60,000 nt of DNA from contig MU057719.1 of assembly GCA_013265495.1 (NCBI GenBank), positions 498,001-558,000 on the forward strand, given 5' to 3'. The position numbers were made by a program, and so were the translations under genes. Source of the stretch: Vicugna vicugna (taxonomy: Eukaryota). Below the pieces are notes generated by a model that did no database searches, was not told the DNA's origin, and was given only the letters and a program-made list of their open reading frames with translations. Below, piece by piece: positions 34,752-47,574 of the stretch (position 1 is the first letter of the stretch; the number at the start of each line of letters is the position of its first letter).

Positions 34752-37700
34752 GTGAGTGGTCTCGCCTGGCGCCAGCTCCGCGGCAGGTGGGCCTGGCCTC
34801 TCCACGCAGAGCCCACGCTGGGCAGGTGTAGGCTGGGCTGTGTCACAAACAGGAGGGGGCACGTCGGGGGCTGGGGGCGGCGGGTGGCCCCTCTTGCCTC
34901 TCCAGCCATTCTGGGTGAGGGCGTCACGGAGCCAGGAGGATGGGGGGGATGCAGGGCACAGACGGGCACGGAACGGCGATCCCCCTGGCCCGGCCTTGCT
35001 GTCTGAGCAGCCCTGAGCATGTATTTCCTATACCTCAAATCTCCGACTCATCATGGGATGACGGGCCAATGTTAGCACCTGCTCTGGAGGGGGCGGGGCC
35101 GGCAGACATGGTGCGGGTACACGTTCATTGTGCCACTCTGCGAAAGGAGGCATCGAGGTTGTACCTGAAACAATCTCCCCCAGCTCTGAGGAGGCATCGG
35201 GCAAGGAGGGTGGTTATCTGAACACCCAAGAGCCTGGAGGTGGTCCCCAAGGTCTGGGGCAGATCGCCCGGGGCGGCTCCCCGTGTTCTCGGGGAGTGTC
35301 ACTTGGCAGCGGTGCTGCAGCGTCCCGCCGGCACAGGTGAGGGCGGCCTGGGGCTGGGCAGCACAGAGGCCGAGGTGGGGCTTGCGGCTCCTCGCGGCTT
35401 CCTGGTGATCCTGGGCTCAGAGTCCAGCGCAGGGTGACACGTCCCACCAGGAAGCACTGCAGCCCCGAGGTCCCTCTGAAAAGATGGGGGCAGGAGCGAG
35501 GTCTCTCGGTGGTGGACTGGGGCCGAGGGCTGGAGTCAGCCCGGCTCCCCGCTGCCCTGGGTCCCGGTGTCTCCAAGCCCCTGCCTGCTGGCGAAGGGCC
35601 TGCTGCTGGCACCGGCTCTGCAAGATGGCCCTGGACTACCTGGGGCGAGTTCCCGCCTGCTGCTGGGAGCTGTCAGAAGACGCTTACTGCCTGCTTTATC
35701 TGAGGGCTGTTATCGGGGACCTGGTGTTTGAGGCGGGTTCTATGGCTGCATGATTCATGCAGTGCAAGGGGAATTTTGTATCTGCAGCTGCAAATGCTGA
35801 GAAGTCAGTTCCAGGAGGAGCCTTTATTTGAAGTGCCATCAAGTGTCGAATTAGCGTCAGTAACTGGGGCTTTCCCATGAGCCTCCTGGGTCTGACAGAC
35901 TCTCCTTTGGGTCTGAAAATCTCTAGAAATGAGATTGGGGAACCTTGTCCAAGGGCCCACCTCTGTGTAATCAGTCAGCTCTCAGAGGCTTCTCTTCCTC
36001 TGAATGACTCACCCAGGTCCCTCCGGCTGCAGGGCGCCGGTCTGGACTCAGGCCCTAACGCCTTCCTCTGTCCGGGGCTCGGTGCTGGGGCGGGGGCCGC
36101 GGAAGCGTGAGTGGAGCCCTGCTGGCCAGTCCTTTCCCCTACGCGGGCTTCTCCGTTTTCAGAGTGGCTTCCACATGGATTAGAATCTCTCTCCTGTTCC
36201 CTCTCCTTGTGAACAGCACCAGGGAAGGCCCTTCGGAACACACACACACACTTTCACAAATGCACTCATACACACACTGGTATTTAAAATAATCGCATGG
36301 AGAAAAAGACGGGCTAGACCCCCGCCAAGCTCCCCAGCTTGGCCCGCTGTGACGCTCAGACGCCCGCTGGTCTGCACCCCGCTTTCCTTTCCCCTGGCTG
36401 CAGCCACGTGCAGGGATGCAGGGAGCATGTAAACTTGGGTGAAACGCTCGTCGTGGGGCCTGCTGACTGGTGAGCACCAAGCAAGGGGGCAGCCCCCGTG
36501 GCGGTGGGTGGTTTGACCCCCACACAGAGGGCCCGCATGGGGCGAGCCCGGAGTGCAGTGGGTTTGGACCATTAGTCCCGGTGTAGGTGGGTGCTGGGGA
36601 CGGAGTGGCGGCGAGGGACCCGCCCAGCCCGGCGTGGAGGCACGGCACGCAGGGTCCCCGGGCTCTGGGAGCGGCAGGGCTGGCAGAGTGCTGCGATGCC
36701 CAGAGCTGGCCTGGTCCTGCCCCTGCTCTTCTGTTGGGTCAGAGGGACCTGGTCCAAAGTCTGGGCCCACAGAATGGCCGACGACCTCAGCAGATGACCC
36801 AGTGACTCTGACCTCTCCCGGTTTGCCGAAGAGTGGGTGGAGCTGGGAGCCCTCGGCGTGGTGCCCAACCTGGAGCAGGTGCTCGTCAAATGGCGGCGCT
36901 GTGGCCGCTGCGGTGCCCTCCCCGCCCCCAGGTCTGCTTGAAATGGAGCCGACCCCTGTGGTTGGGTGGCAGCCCCTCTCTCTTATTTCTTTGCTGTTAC
37001 TTTTTCGTGAAGACTTAACATCTGCATTTTGGGAATCAGAGCCCGAGGTGGGGCGGGGCTCAGCACACGGACCGCGGAGCCCTGAAGGCTGCATTCAAGC
37101 CCCAGCCCTGCTGTCACCCGTGGCGGCCATGCCCAGGTGACTTTTTCCAAGTCCTGTCTGTAAGCTGGTGACGAGGCCCGTGCCCTCCGAGGTCTCTTGA
37201 GCAGCACGCAGACCCGTGCGTGTGGGCTCTCGGCGCCCGGTGCATGGCAGGGGCTGGCTCTGGTTCTCGGCCGCACCTCCCTTTGGCCCGTGTGTCCGTG
37301 TGTGTGGAGGCCGCCCGGGCTGGGACCGGACCTCCTGAGGCTGCTGGCGCTGCCCGGGGAGGCGGCCCTGGTGGGAGCGCGGCCTGCCCGCCGCGTCCTC
37401 CCTTCCCTCTGACTGCGTGTCCCCGTGCCACTCTCCTTCCCGGCGGTCCGCGCTCCGGGTTGCGTCTGATGAGGGGCTGGGAGAGGCTGGGCGCCGAGAC
37501 GTGCTCCCCACATGGGAGCCGCGGACCACGGCCTGTTTCGCTCGGCAAGTCCCTCCTGACATCTGGGGACGGGACACCCTGGAAAACACACACCAGCAGG
37601 GCCCCGTCTCCCCCCGGCCACACAGCTGTCTGCCCTGCTCGGGTATCCGAACACGGGGACTGTCCCCGCCCCAGTGCCTCTGGGAAGCGCCGCGGTTGAC

Positions 37701-38274
37701 GGCGGGTAGGGGCGCAGCGCGGGGCTCCGGCCTGCTGGGTGAGGAGCAGGTCTGGGGGGCCTGGGCCTCTCATTCAGGTGTGATTTATGAGGACGGGCCT
37801 GCGGACCAGTCACCTCCGTGCACAGAGACAGCGGACGCTGCCAAGGTCCCCACGGCCCAGGAGCCCGGCCCTGCGGGCTCACCCCCGCCTGTCCAGCGGT
37901 GCCCGGCGGTGCTCGGGGATGTCCGGCCGCAGGGATGCCAGCTTGCTCTGCCGCCCGCGCCTGCCAGCCCAGCGGGGCAGGAGGATCTATCTCTGGGGGC
38001 AGTTCTGGTCTCTGCTGACTGGAGCCTGCCTGGGCCCGGGTGAGAGCGGAGCTGGGGTTTGTGTTAGGACGCGTGGGAAAGGGGCCGGCTCTCAGTGGTC
38101 TGCCGCGGGGACCGCAGGGCAGGGATTTGAGGGGCGAGGTTCCCTGCTGGCTTTCTGCCTGGTCGTCTTGCACCTGCACACACGGGATTCTGGAGCGAAA
38201 GGGACCCTCGTGGGATAGCCGGTTAGTCAGTCTCAGGCTGGTTTGGAAATCCCCAGATCTTTTTCTTTGCTGTT

Positions 38275-38412
38275 ATTATTATTTTAATTAAAAATGTTTT
38301 TTGGAGGGGAGGTAATTAGGTTTGTTTATTTATTTTCATGGAGGTGCTGGGGACTGAACCCAGGACTGCGTGCCTGCCAAGCACGTGCTCCGCCACTGAG
38401 CTGCACCTTTTC
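38275..38412 (-). mobile_element. tRNA-Ala-derived SINE (Vic-1-like) with target-site duplication
   Basis: ggaggtgctggggactgaacccaggac...caagcacgtgctccgccactgagctgcacc. TSD ctttgctgtt at 38265-38274 and 38413-38422. Confidence 0.85.
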
Positions 38413-41400
38413 CTTTGCTGTTGTTTAAGGAAGTTTATGGTGTGCAGGTCCTGTCTGGGTTTAGGTTTTGTGCTGGTCATTTTCTAAACAGCTGCTTCTC
38501 TGCTTCCCAAGGCTCTCACGTTGTCGGGGTCGCCCCTCGGGAAGGGAAGGGTCGTTCATTCGTTGGTTCCTCCACTCATCTCTCCATTAAGCCTTCAATT
38601 CACCGAGTGTTTATTAAGCACTTACTGTGCGAGAGATAAAACAGAAGGGCTCACATGACCTTTGTCCTCCGAGAGTCACGCAGGTTCGCTGTTGTGTGGT
38701 TAATGGTGGAAAAAGGAGGGAGACGGTGAGACTCTTCCCCGGGCGCCGGCCGGCTCTGCCTCAGCCGTGCCACCGGGGCCCTGCCTCCGTGACTTCGGCG
38801 TGGAGGGGGCTGGGCGCTGTGGAGGCGGCTGCAATGCAAGCTCCCGTTGCTGGGGAGGGAGAACTCCTCTCCAGGAAACCGCTGTGTGGAGTCGGGCTGC
38901 CTGGCGTCCGCCTGTTTCCAGAACCAGCAGGGCCCTCCTCCTGCCGCTCTGGCCTCTGGGCGTCCCCTTCCCGCCTTCCCTTTGGGACGGGTGCAGAGAG
39001 GAGCTGATGCTTCGGGGTGCTCGAAGTTGCAGGAAAGGGTTTTCTAAACCCAGGAGGAGTGCCAGGAGGGGCAGCCCCATGTTGTCTGGGACGGACAGCA
39101 GGCGGGGGCCCCCTGGAGAGGCTGCGGGAGCCCTGGGGGCAGCCCTGTCCCCGGGAAGCTGGCCAGGCCCGCGCACTGCGCTGTCCTTCTGGGACCTTCT
39201 CTCATCCGGAGCGGGGATGGAGGGGCGGCCGGTGGGGAGGAGGGCTTCCTGTCAGACCCAGTGAGGGTCGGACCGTCGCATCCTTGGGCTCTTTGAGCTT
39301 TTGTTTCTGCAGGGCTAGAGCGAAGTCAGTGACGGCCCAGGGTGCAGCAATGTCATAGGTCCTCGGAGAGGCGGTAAACACGCAGTCACACCGTTTTTAT
39401 GAGTGATTTGTCCCTCTTCTTGCCAGCCCGCCCCGCAAGCTCCAGCAGCTCCAGCAGGAGCTGAAGGATCCAGAACGTTGGTTCCGGAAGTTTTTTGTTG
39501 GCCACCATCCCTGGTATTTTCCCGAAGGGTCACATTAAAGGTATTAGATTTCGGCTCAAACCAGTCCAGTCGGGGAAGATTGGAGCTACGGTTCAAGAGA
39601 AGGGCCTGAGACTGGAGCCAGATGCTGAGTTGGCCCGTGTGGGGAGCCGGAGACCCGGGGCCTGCTCCCTTCCCTTCTCACGTCCCCCGTGTGCCCTGTT
39701 CTGGGCGCCTGTTGGGCGCACGGGGTTCAGGAAGGGAAGGAGCGTGGGAAGGCGGAGCGGGTGGCCGGTACGAGCTGGGTCTTCCCAGGACGCCACTGTG
39801 TGGAGTCTGGTTGGAAACTTTGGCTGCAGGGCCCTGCGGTTTCCTTCTGGTTTTTAGGGCCTGGAGGTGGTAGACAGTCATCATCACGAAATGGCAGCCT
39901 CACCTCCGCCTTGTGAGCTGGGCGACCTCGGTGCACGGGACCCGTTTTGCAGAGCAGCAGGCGGAGGCTCAGAGGGTGAGCGCCGTGCACAGGGTCACAT
40001 GGCCTTGGTTAGTTAGCGTCTCCTGTCTGGGAGTTTGCTACGAGCGGGGCAGGGAGGTCGTGGCCGGCTTCGCCAGCACAGTGCCTGGCCCTGGGTTTGC
40101 CGCTGGGGTCAGCTCGGCCCCATCTGCGGCCCCGGGCAGGTGGCTTTCCCTGAAGTTGATTCCCTCCCCTGGAGGATGGGAGCAGGGCCACTAAGCCCGC
40201 CGCTCGGAGCCCCACGGGCGCTGCTACGGAAGGCTCCACCCGTGGTCAGTGAGCTGGCGGGCTTCCGTCTTCCTCGGGGGCATAGTCCTCTGTGCAATGG
40301 CCACTGTCAGCATGTCTCCCACGTGGGAGTGAGACGTGTCCCCTCTTGACCTCCGGGGCCGTGGGCAGGAGGCAGGGAGGGAGGAGGGAGCCCAGGAGTG
40401 AACCCCCGCCTGCAGGAGGCCTCGGCCGGCCTCTGGTTCCGCGTGGTCCTGGGCTGTTCGTCCCAGGACCCACCGCCGACTTGCCCCCGAGCTGTCTCTC
40501 AGCGCTGGGCTCCCCTGCAGGTGTCCTCGGCCCGCCTGGCCCTCCCCGCCACTGCTGGCCCCCCCGCCCACCCACCGTCCTCGCCTCCCTGGGGCCTGTG
40601 CTCAGATCTCAGTATTTGAAACGGTGGGGCTGCCTCCCCACACGGATGCCCGCTGTCTGAGTAGGCTCCTCCCCTGCCTGGGCCGTGGGTCACCGCCCCC
40701 GGTGGGGCTGTGAGCTTCCTCGCCGTAGGGACCTTCGTGCCTTCTTTACTAATGTCTCCAGGGGCCTGGAATCCAGCTGCGGGGGCGCCAGTCTGTCCTG
40801 GTGTGAGTGCGTGGATCCTCCTGGAGGAGCCAAGAAGCTTTTGGTGGGGATGGGGTGGGGGGCACCTTGCAGAAGGCCCTGGCACCCTCAGTGGGTCAGG
40901 AGGCCCAGGCTGGCCCAGCCGCCTCGCTGGGGCCTGGGGAGACTGGACGTCCAGGTGGCCCTCCAGGGTCTTCCCCGGGGGTGCCCCGCTGCCCACATCA
41001 GGGACCCGGGTCAGGTGAAGTCTGGCGCTGCTTCCCTGCGCCTCCCAGCCCGGCTGCCCTGCACCTGCAGCTCTGCCTGGTCAGCGTGCCTCACTTTGGC
41101 CCCTGTTTGGGTGGATTAACAACACGAGGGGATGGTCCAGGAGGCTGTCTCTCTTGCTTGAGTTAAGGAGCAGAGCGCACCTTCTAATAAGTGTGTGGAA
41201 TGCTCCTGTTTATTATCCATCAGGACATTCTGCTGGGCTCAGAATCTCCCGAAGCCGTTAAACCTGCCCCTCAGCACGGCTTCGGGGACGACAGGCCACT
41301 TGTTAAGTTAGCGTGCGGGAGTAGGGGGGTGCAGTGTCCCCCCAAGGGCTGGCCTCGTCGGGAACCACGTCCTCTGCATCCACGAGCTCTGGCTGTCTTC

Positions 41401-41634
41401 AGGGGCCTCAGGAAGGAAGGACGGAAACCGGGGCCCAGACAGGACTCACCTCGCTCGTGTCCTGTGGCAATGGTGACACTGGGGTCGGCTCGGGTCCTGC
41501 GGACGGCAGAGATCAAGTTCTTATGTGCTTCACCTGCCCCTTCCTTTCTGCCAAGTGAGGCAGCTGTGTGCAGGGACAAGGCGCGGACAGCCGTGTGGAA
41601 CCCCGCCACCCGCAGGCGGTCGGGAAGCTAGGCT

Positions 41635-41727
41635 GGAGGCCCGCGTAGAGACCAGGAGGCCGTGTGGGGGCCAGGAGGCAATGTAGAGGCCAGGAGGCCA
41701 TGTCGGGGTCAGGAGGGCTGTCTGAGG
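41635..41727. repeat. Degenerate ~19-bp minisatellite (about 5 units)
   Basis: ggaggcccgcgtagagacca / ggaggccgtgtgggggcca / ggaggcaatgtagaggcca / ggaggccatgtcggggtca / ggagggctgtctgagg. Confidence 0.75.
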
Positions 41728-42879
41728 TGAGGCCAAAAGAGGCCTGATTCAGGAGGGGAGGGCTGACCAGCAGCTCTTTAAGGACAGAGCAGTGAATGCA
41801 TGTCTGTCCTGAGGAAGGTCAGAACAGGTGCAGATAACTCCCTCCTTCAGTGGATCTGGAACCATCTGGGCCCTCTCGGGAGGCCAGGAGGAGGCAGAGG
41901 GCAGGGCGCCACTGAAGCAGAGTGAGTCCACTTTTATCTGTTTTCTGTATTGCATTTTGTCTGATGTTTTGCTTGCAGACAGTGTTCGGAAGAGGTTAAA
42001 AACATAGTTTGAAACCATGGGTCCCTAACAGCTGAGGAAACCCGCCTCTCTGGGAATGGGGCTTTGGGAGGGTGGGGAAGGCTGGGTCTGAGGGTGCACT
42101 GGTGGTGGGCCAGGCCTGGTCACACTTCTGGGATGAGGAGGCCTCAGCCTTGTGTCTGCCCTGGATGTGGGAGGCAGGCGCGTGCTGCCAGCGTCGCAGT
42201 CCCTCCGACTGTCCGCCCATCAGCAGTCCCCTGCCCTGGTTGGGCCCAGAGCCTGGATCTGCTGCCCCAGCTCCGGCCCCCTTGGCTTTTGTGCTTGTCT
42301 CTGTTCCATCCCTCTCTGCCTGGGACCCCCTTTTTCATCAGCCTGTCCTCTGCCCACTCCACCCCCCTGGGCAGCACCTGGCACATGCTGTCACCCCCTC
42401 CAGTGCCTGTGGCAGGCATCACTTGTCGATCCCAGCACTTCCCACTGAGCCCATCAGCACGGCGTCCCAGCACCCCGACAGTCTACTGGAGTTGGCACAT
42501 GGGAGGAAGCCAGTTCACTTTGCCAGACCTCCCACCTGGCCTGCAGTTGCTAACACCCCTTTTCTTGTCCCGGCTTCTCCCCTGAATACCCACCCACCCC
42601 TGCCCTCTGGATTCTTTGAGAGTACTGATGCTCTGGAAGCCAGGTAAAGATGGACCAGCTGAGACACCTGTGGGGGCTTGGGACAGAATGTGATGCTGGG
42701 GAGTGGGCGTGACCCACAGCTCGCCTCACCTTTGGGCCATGGTTTTCCTCTCTGCACGATGGGTCTGCAGGTCAGCCCCATCTCAGAGCTGCTGGAGGGA
42801 GATTTGAGATGATGTGGTTGTGTGTCCTCACGTGCGAGTCCCGTGGATGGCAGTGCCCGCGTTGTACCAGCCCAGCCCG

Positions 42880-43430
42880 AGCAGGCGGTGGCGGCCTTGG
42901 CAGCCGGCGGCGGTGCGGTCTCTGGCCCATTCTGGGGCCTGCAGGGCCAGCCCTCCCCACGTCTCCGCCCCACTGCCCTGCACCCATCTCCCCGTTTAGT
43001 GTCCTCATGGACCATTGCGGCCTCCGGGCTCCGCGCGAGGAGGAAGGTGGCAGGCGGCCTGGGGCATCCGTCCGACAGCCCGACCTCCGGCCCGCGCCCG
43101 CCCGTCACTTTGCGGAGGGCGGCTGCCTCGCGCTCACCCGGGCTCTCTGTGCCCGCGCGATGCCCATCGGCCGCCGCAGCCGCCGCGAGCTCGCCTGCGC
43201 TGCCCGCCTGTTCGGCCGCGGCTTCCGCAGCACCCGCGGCGCTGACTGCTTACTCACGGGCGGCCCCGGGGGAGCAGGAGGCAGGCCTGCCGGCGGGGGC
43301 TTTCCGGGCCTCTGGGAACATTTCCTCCTCTTATTCAAGGACTGTCACCTCAGGACGTGTTAACCACCTGCTTCCGGGAGAGCTCGCCCACCGGACACAC
43401 GTGCACACGCGTGCGCGCACACGGAGTCAG
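42880..43430. promoter_or_regulatory. Intronic CpG-rich segment
   Basis: Dense CpG, for example ggccgccgcagccgccgcgagctcgcctgcgc and ggccgcggcttccgcagcacccgcggcgc. Confidence 0.45.
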
Positions 43431-44584
43431 ATAAGCCCATCGGGTGCTGATCCTGCGTCTTCTCTGCCTCCCACTCCAGACAGGGACCACTGGCCGTCGT
43501 CGCCTGTCAGGTGGGCGAAGGCGGAGGAAGCTTTGGTTTCGGTGGCTGAGTCCCTGCAGTCGGCGAGCTTTGGGAGACCTGGGCCTGCCGCCCTGTGTGA
43601 GATGGTCAGCGCCTGTGCGTGAGGCCGGGGAGCCTCTGGGTCTTTGGTTTCGTGCCTCCGTCCCCTGCTGTGGGGTCCCAGGGAGGGGCCGTTGGCCGAG
43701 GAGGTCACTCCGTGACCCCTGGGGGCGGATCTGTACCTGTGGACGCCCTTCTCACTTATGATTGTTTCTGGGGAGGGGACTCAGGTGCCGTGGGAGCAGC
43801 AGTCACGTCCGACGGGGAGGCCAGGGCTGGAGGAGGTTCAGGAGCGTTGCGTCCAAGCCCTGCTTTGACCGCTGAGCCTCCCTGCGCGTGGGCAGGCCCC
43901 TGCGGTCCTCTCCGGCCCGTTTCCCCATCTGAGGACGGAGGTTGGATTGACTGGCCGACCTCTTGGTGGCGGTCGTCGGGGGTGGGGGGCGTCGGGTAGG
44001 CCACACACGTCTGCATCATCGCGCTCTTCCATGGCTGCCCTGCAGGCCCCACCCGGGTGTCTGGGAGCTGCATGTTCTCAGCTAGTCCTGGTTCGCCCTA
44101 CATGCTTTTTTTTGGTCGGCATCCACAGTAATTAAACTTTAATTGGCTAATTGTTTCTCCCCAGTGCCCCAAGACGTTAATTGTTTCTGTTGAATTCTGG
44201 CAATTTGATGTTTGCAACAAAAAAGCTGAATGGGACTGAGAAAGGAGGGAAAAAACATCAAAATGCAAATAATTTTAACAAAGTGTCCTTTCTCGGCATC
44301 CTGGAAGCCTTTCTCAAGGAATGTTGTTGCTTCTGCAGATGCCACGTGGCGGGGGTCTGTGGCCGGTGGGGCCCTGGGAAGAAGCCTCTGAATTGCGGGG
44401 TGTGTGGCTGTGACCTTGCTGGGGAAGAGGCCCCGCTGTGGTTCAGAAAACTTTCCCCAGGTCCCCAGCAACAAGGGTGCAGGCAGATTCTCCTGAGTTG
44501 CCGCCTGAAATGTGGATTAGGGAGTTTGGGCTGGAGACCTGAATATTTATCCTGGGTTGTCCTTTTTGACTTCCATTCTTCAAA

Positions 44585-45078
44585 AAAAAAATTATTGTGA
44601 TAAAACGGACCAAATGCAAAGTGTACCATTTTAGCCGTGCTAAAGCGTCCATTGCAGTGGCGTTCCTTACATCTCCAGCATGGCGCAGCCGTCCCCGCTG
44701 CCTTGTTCCAGAACGTTTTCTTTACCCCAGAGGGAAACCCTATTTCCTCCTCTCCCTCCCCCAGCCCCTGGCAACCACTAGTCCGTTTTCTGTCCGCACA
44801 CAGTTGCCTGTTCTGGATGTTTCCCAGAATCGCTCAGTACGTGGACTTCTGTGTCTGGCTTCTTCCACTTGGCAGGAGGTGTCCGCGGTTCATCCACGAT
44901 GTGGCACGTGTCAGAACGCCATTCCTTTTAGAGGCTGAGTAATATTCCGTTGTATGGACGGACCACGTCTGTATCCATCACCCACTGATGGGCATTTGGG
45001 CGGTTCCTGCCTCTTGGCTGTTTTGAGCAGAGCTGTGGTGACCGTGTGTGTGCAAGAGCTTTTCATGTTTATTCTCGA
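44585..45078 (-). mobile_element. LINE-1 (L1MB-like) 3' end
   Basis: ttccagaacgttttctttaccccagaggga...cccagcccctggcaaccactagtc...gaggctgagtaatattccgttgtatggacggaccac. Confidence 0.85.
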
Positions 45079-45082
45079 ACTC

Positions 45083-45579
45083 TGTCGACTGCAGAAAAAG
45101 TACAACCTTCAAGTTGAGAGTATGTTTTATTCGTCGGACTGTCTGAGGACTTGAGCCTGGGAGACGGCCTCTCAGGTGACTGAGGAAGCGCTCCGGAGAG
45201 GCAGGGGAGGAGCCAAGATATACACAGGAGTTTCTGCGACAAAGACCAGGGAGTCGGAACATCAAAAAACGGCTGTTAATTAAAGAAGACCAGGGGTCTC
45301 GTGTTAAGGAAGTTAGCGCTTGTCTGTGTGTGGGAAGGTGCAAGGTCTGGGCCACTGAAGTCCTCCTCTGATCCGCCCCCGCGCTGCCCAGGGCCAGCGT
45401 CCTGTGCCTTCCCACCCTGAGTCCCCCAGGGGGCGCCGAGGGGGGCTGCAGGGGCCGGGCTGCCTGCTCGTCTGCGTCCTGGGCTCCCTCCCGCTCACTG
45501 GGGCGGCGGGAGCGGCTGACGACTTGATGGCCGCAGCATCCTTTGTTTACCGACACGGCTGCAGTGTTTTTCTTTCACG
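45083..45579 (-). mobile_element. Solo ERV1 LTR, MER41-like (artiodactyl type)
   Basis: TG...CG termini (CA mutated) and a 4-bp TSD ACTC (45079-45082 / 45580-45583). Minus-strand AATAAA at 45126-45131. Contains caaccttcaagttgagagtatgttttattc...gaggacttgagcctgggagacggcctctcag. Confidence 0.75.
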
Positions 45580-45754
45580 ACTCCTAAGCCCGCATCCCGC
45601 TCACCTTCCAAAGTTCAGGCTCCGGAAGGCTGATGCCCCCAACTCACTCCCAAAGAGCGGGGGCCGCCAGCCTCGCGCGGGGGTGCAGGATCTCAGGCAG
45701 GCCTGCTGATCAGCGTTGGTTTACAAGCCAGATCTGTGGGAGAGGCGAGGCTGG

Positions 45755-46160
45755 GGGCTGCCGTGAACACAGGTGTGCAAATATCTGTGTGAGTTCCTGC
45801 TTTGATTCCCCGCACGTGGGATTGCCGGCTCACGCGGTGATTCTGCGTTACGTGCTTGAGGGACCTCATCGTGGTTTCCACGGCGTCTGCACCATATTTC
45901 ATCCCACCAGCGGTGCATGAGACTCCAGTTTCTCCACTTTCTCAGCAACACTTGTTGTTCTGTGTGTGTGTGTGTCTGATGACAGCCACCCGAACGGGTG
46001 GGACGCAGTATCTCCCTGTGGTCTGATTCCACCCCCCTGGGGTCAGCGATGTTGTGCGTCTTTGCACGTGCTTGCGGGCCATCCGCGTGTCTCCTTGGGA
46101 GAAGTGTTCATTCGCGTGTCCTGCTCGTCTTTTAATCATATGTTTGGAATGCTTTTTCCC
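45755..46160 (-). mobile_element. LINE-1 ORF2 C-terminal fragment
   Basis: ORF track peptides IKRRAGHANEHFSQGDTRMARKHVQRRTTSL and GTHTDICTPVFTAA are degenerate L1 ORF2. Confidence 0.8.
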
Positions 46161-47574
46161 TTCGTTTGACCATGTATTTGAGGGAGGCAGGCATTCAGCT
46201 TTTAGGACAGGGCCTCAGTGGGCAGGGCAGCCAGATGTCACCTGCTGACGGTCACGAAAACGCTCACGGAATGGCCGCAGTCTGCCCCGTCCAGCCCAGC
46301 TCTCACCTGTCCCCTGACCTTAACCTTTAAAACCTCCCCACCCCAGAGTTCTCCCTCCCAGGCCATCAGGTCCACTAGGAACACTTGCTTCCCCAAGGCC
46401 AAGTGTCAGGCCCCTTCCCTGGGTGGGAAGCTCAGGCAGGCGGACACTCTGGGGTCATAGTGGCGACAGAGCCAAGGGTGGGTGTTCCTTTCCCTCCAGC
46501 TAAGCCTGGGGGAGCAGGGAGGCTGCCGCCCCGCCTCCAGGGAATGGGGTGAACTTCCAGAGCTGCAAAGCAGCCTGAACCCAGATGATGCCCAGGCCCC
46601 TCACCAGCTCCGCAGTGAGTCGCGACCCCCTTCCGTCTCCTCAGTGTGGTCAGCACACCTGTGTGGCCTCGTCTGGCCCACTAAACCTGCCAGTGCTGGA
46701 CACGCTCAGGTTAACTGCCACCTGCAGACGTCATTAGACAACCCTCACGTCCAGGCCTCATGGCTTCATTTCCAGGAGGAACGAACATCCCAGCAGATGG
46801 GCCGTGGAGAACTGTGTTAATCTGCAGTTGATTCTGGTACTTGCTCAGGCCCCCGGCTTCCTTGTGGCTTCATGGAGCCAGGCGGGGCCAGAGGAGCTCG
46901 GGGGAACGCGGTGTAGCCAGCTCGGAAGCTGGAACCTGTTTCCCAGCGCAGCCTCCGGGGATGCTGGGGGCCGCTGCTGGGTGACACGGGTCCCTGGGCG
47001 TCTGAAGGTAAAGGTGCTTCTTCAAGGAGGGCTGGTAATCCGTGCAGGTCAGCAGGCTCTGATGAGATGCTCACTGAGAAGGTGCACACAGGCTGCCGCT
47101 GGGCCGCTCTCACAGACGAGAACGCCTAGTGGGGCAGTTGAGGCCGGTCGCAGTCCCATTGGTCTAGCGAGGACCGGACCGTTCTAGCTGTCCTGGGAAG
47201 GCCGGGCCTTCAGTCTGGGCAGCGTGCAGCCGTGTCACCGCAGTGGCCGACATGAGGCCCAGGCTTCCTGGGATGAGGCGGCTGTGACCTCGGCCCTGGC
47301 GGCGCCACCATTGTGGCGTGTCCCGAACCCAGTGCAGGTGGGTGCAGGGAATGTGAGTGCCTTGGGCCTGTCTTGACAGGAGGAATCAGTCAGTGTCATG
47401 GAGCAGGAGGGGATGGGCTGAGAGTGGGCTCCTAGCTGCAGCCCTGGGTCGGTCTGGGAGGCTGCAGACAGCGGCCGTTAGGGAAGGGGGTCCTGTATTT
47501 GGGCTCAAGACTCAGCGTCCCGGGTCCTTGGAGCAGAAACAACTTTCCTGTTGGACACTTGACGGTTGGAAGAA

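Noticed and set aside
34644..35006. 120-aa ORF containing the VAV2 peptide
   Set aside because: Only 34635-34751 is coding. The ORF runs through the GTGAGT donor into intron, and its start is not a true initiation site.
36180..38179. 304-aa and 398-aa minus-strand ORFs
   Set aside because: Same GC-driven artefact; no recognisable family.
41635..41727. CRISPR-like repeat-spacer pattern
   Set aside because: Units are short and contiguous with related 'spacers', there are no cas genes, and the context is a mammalian intron.
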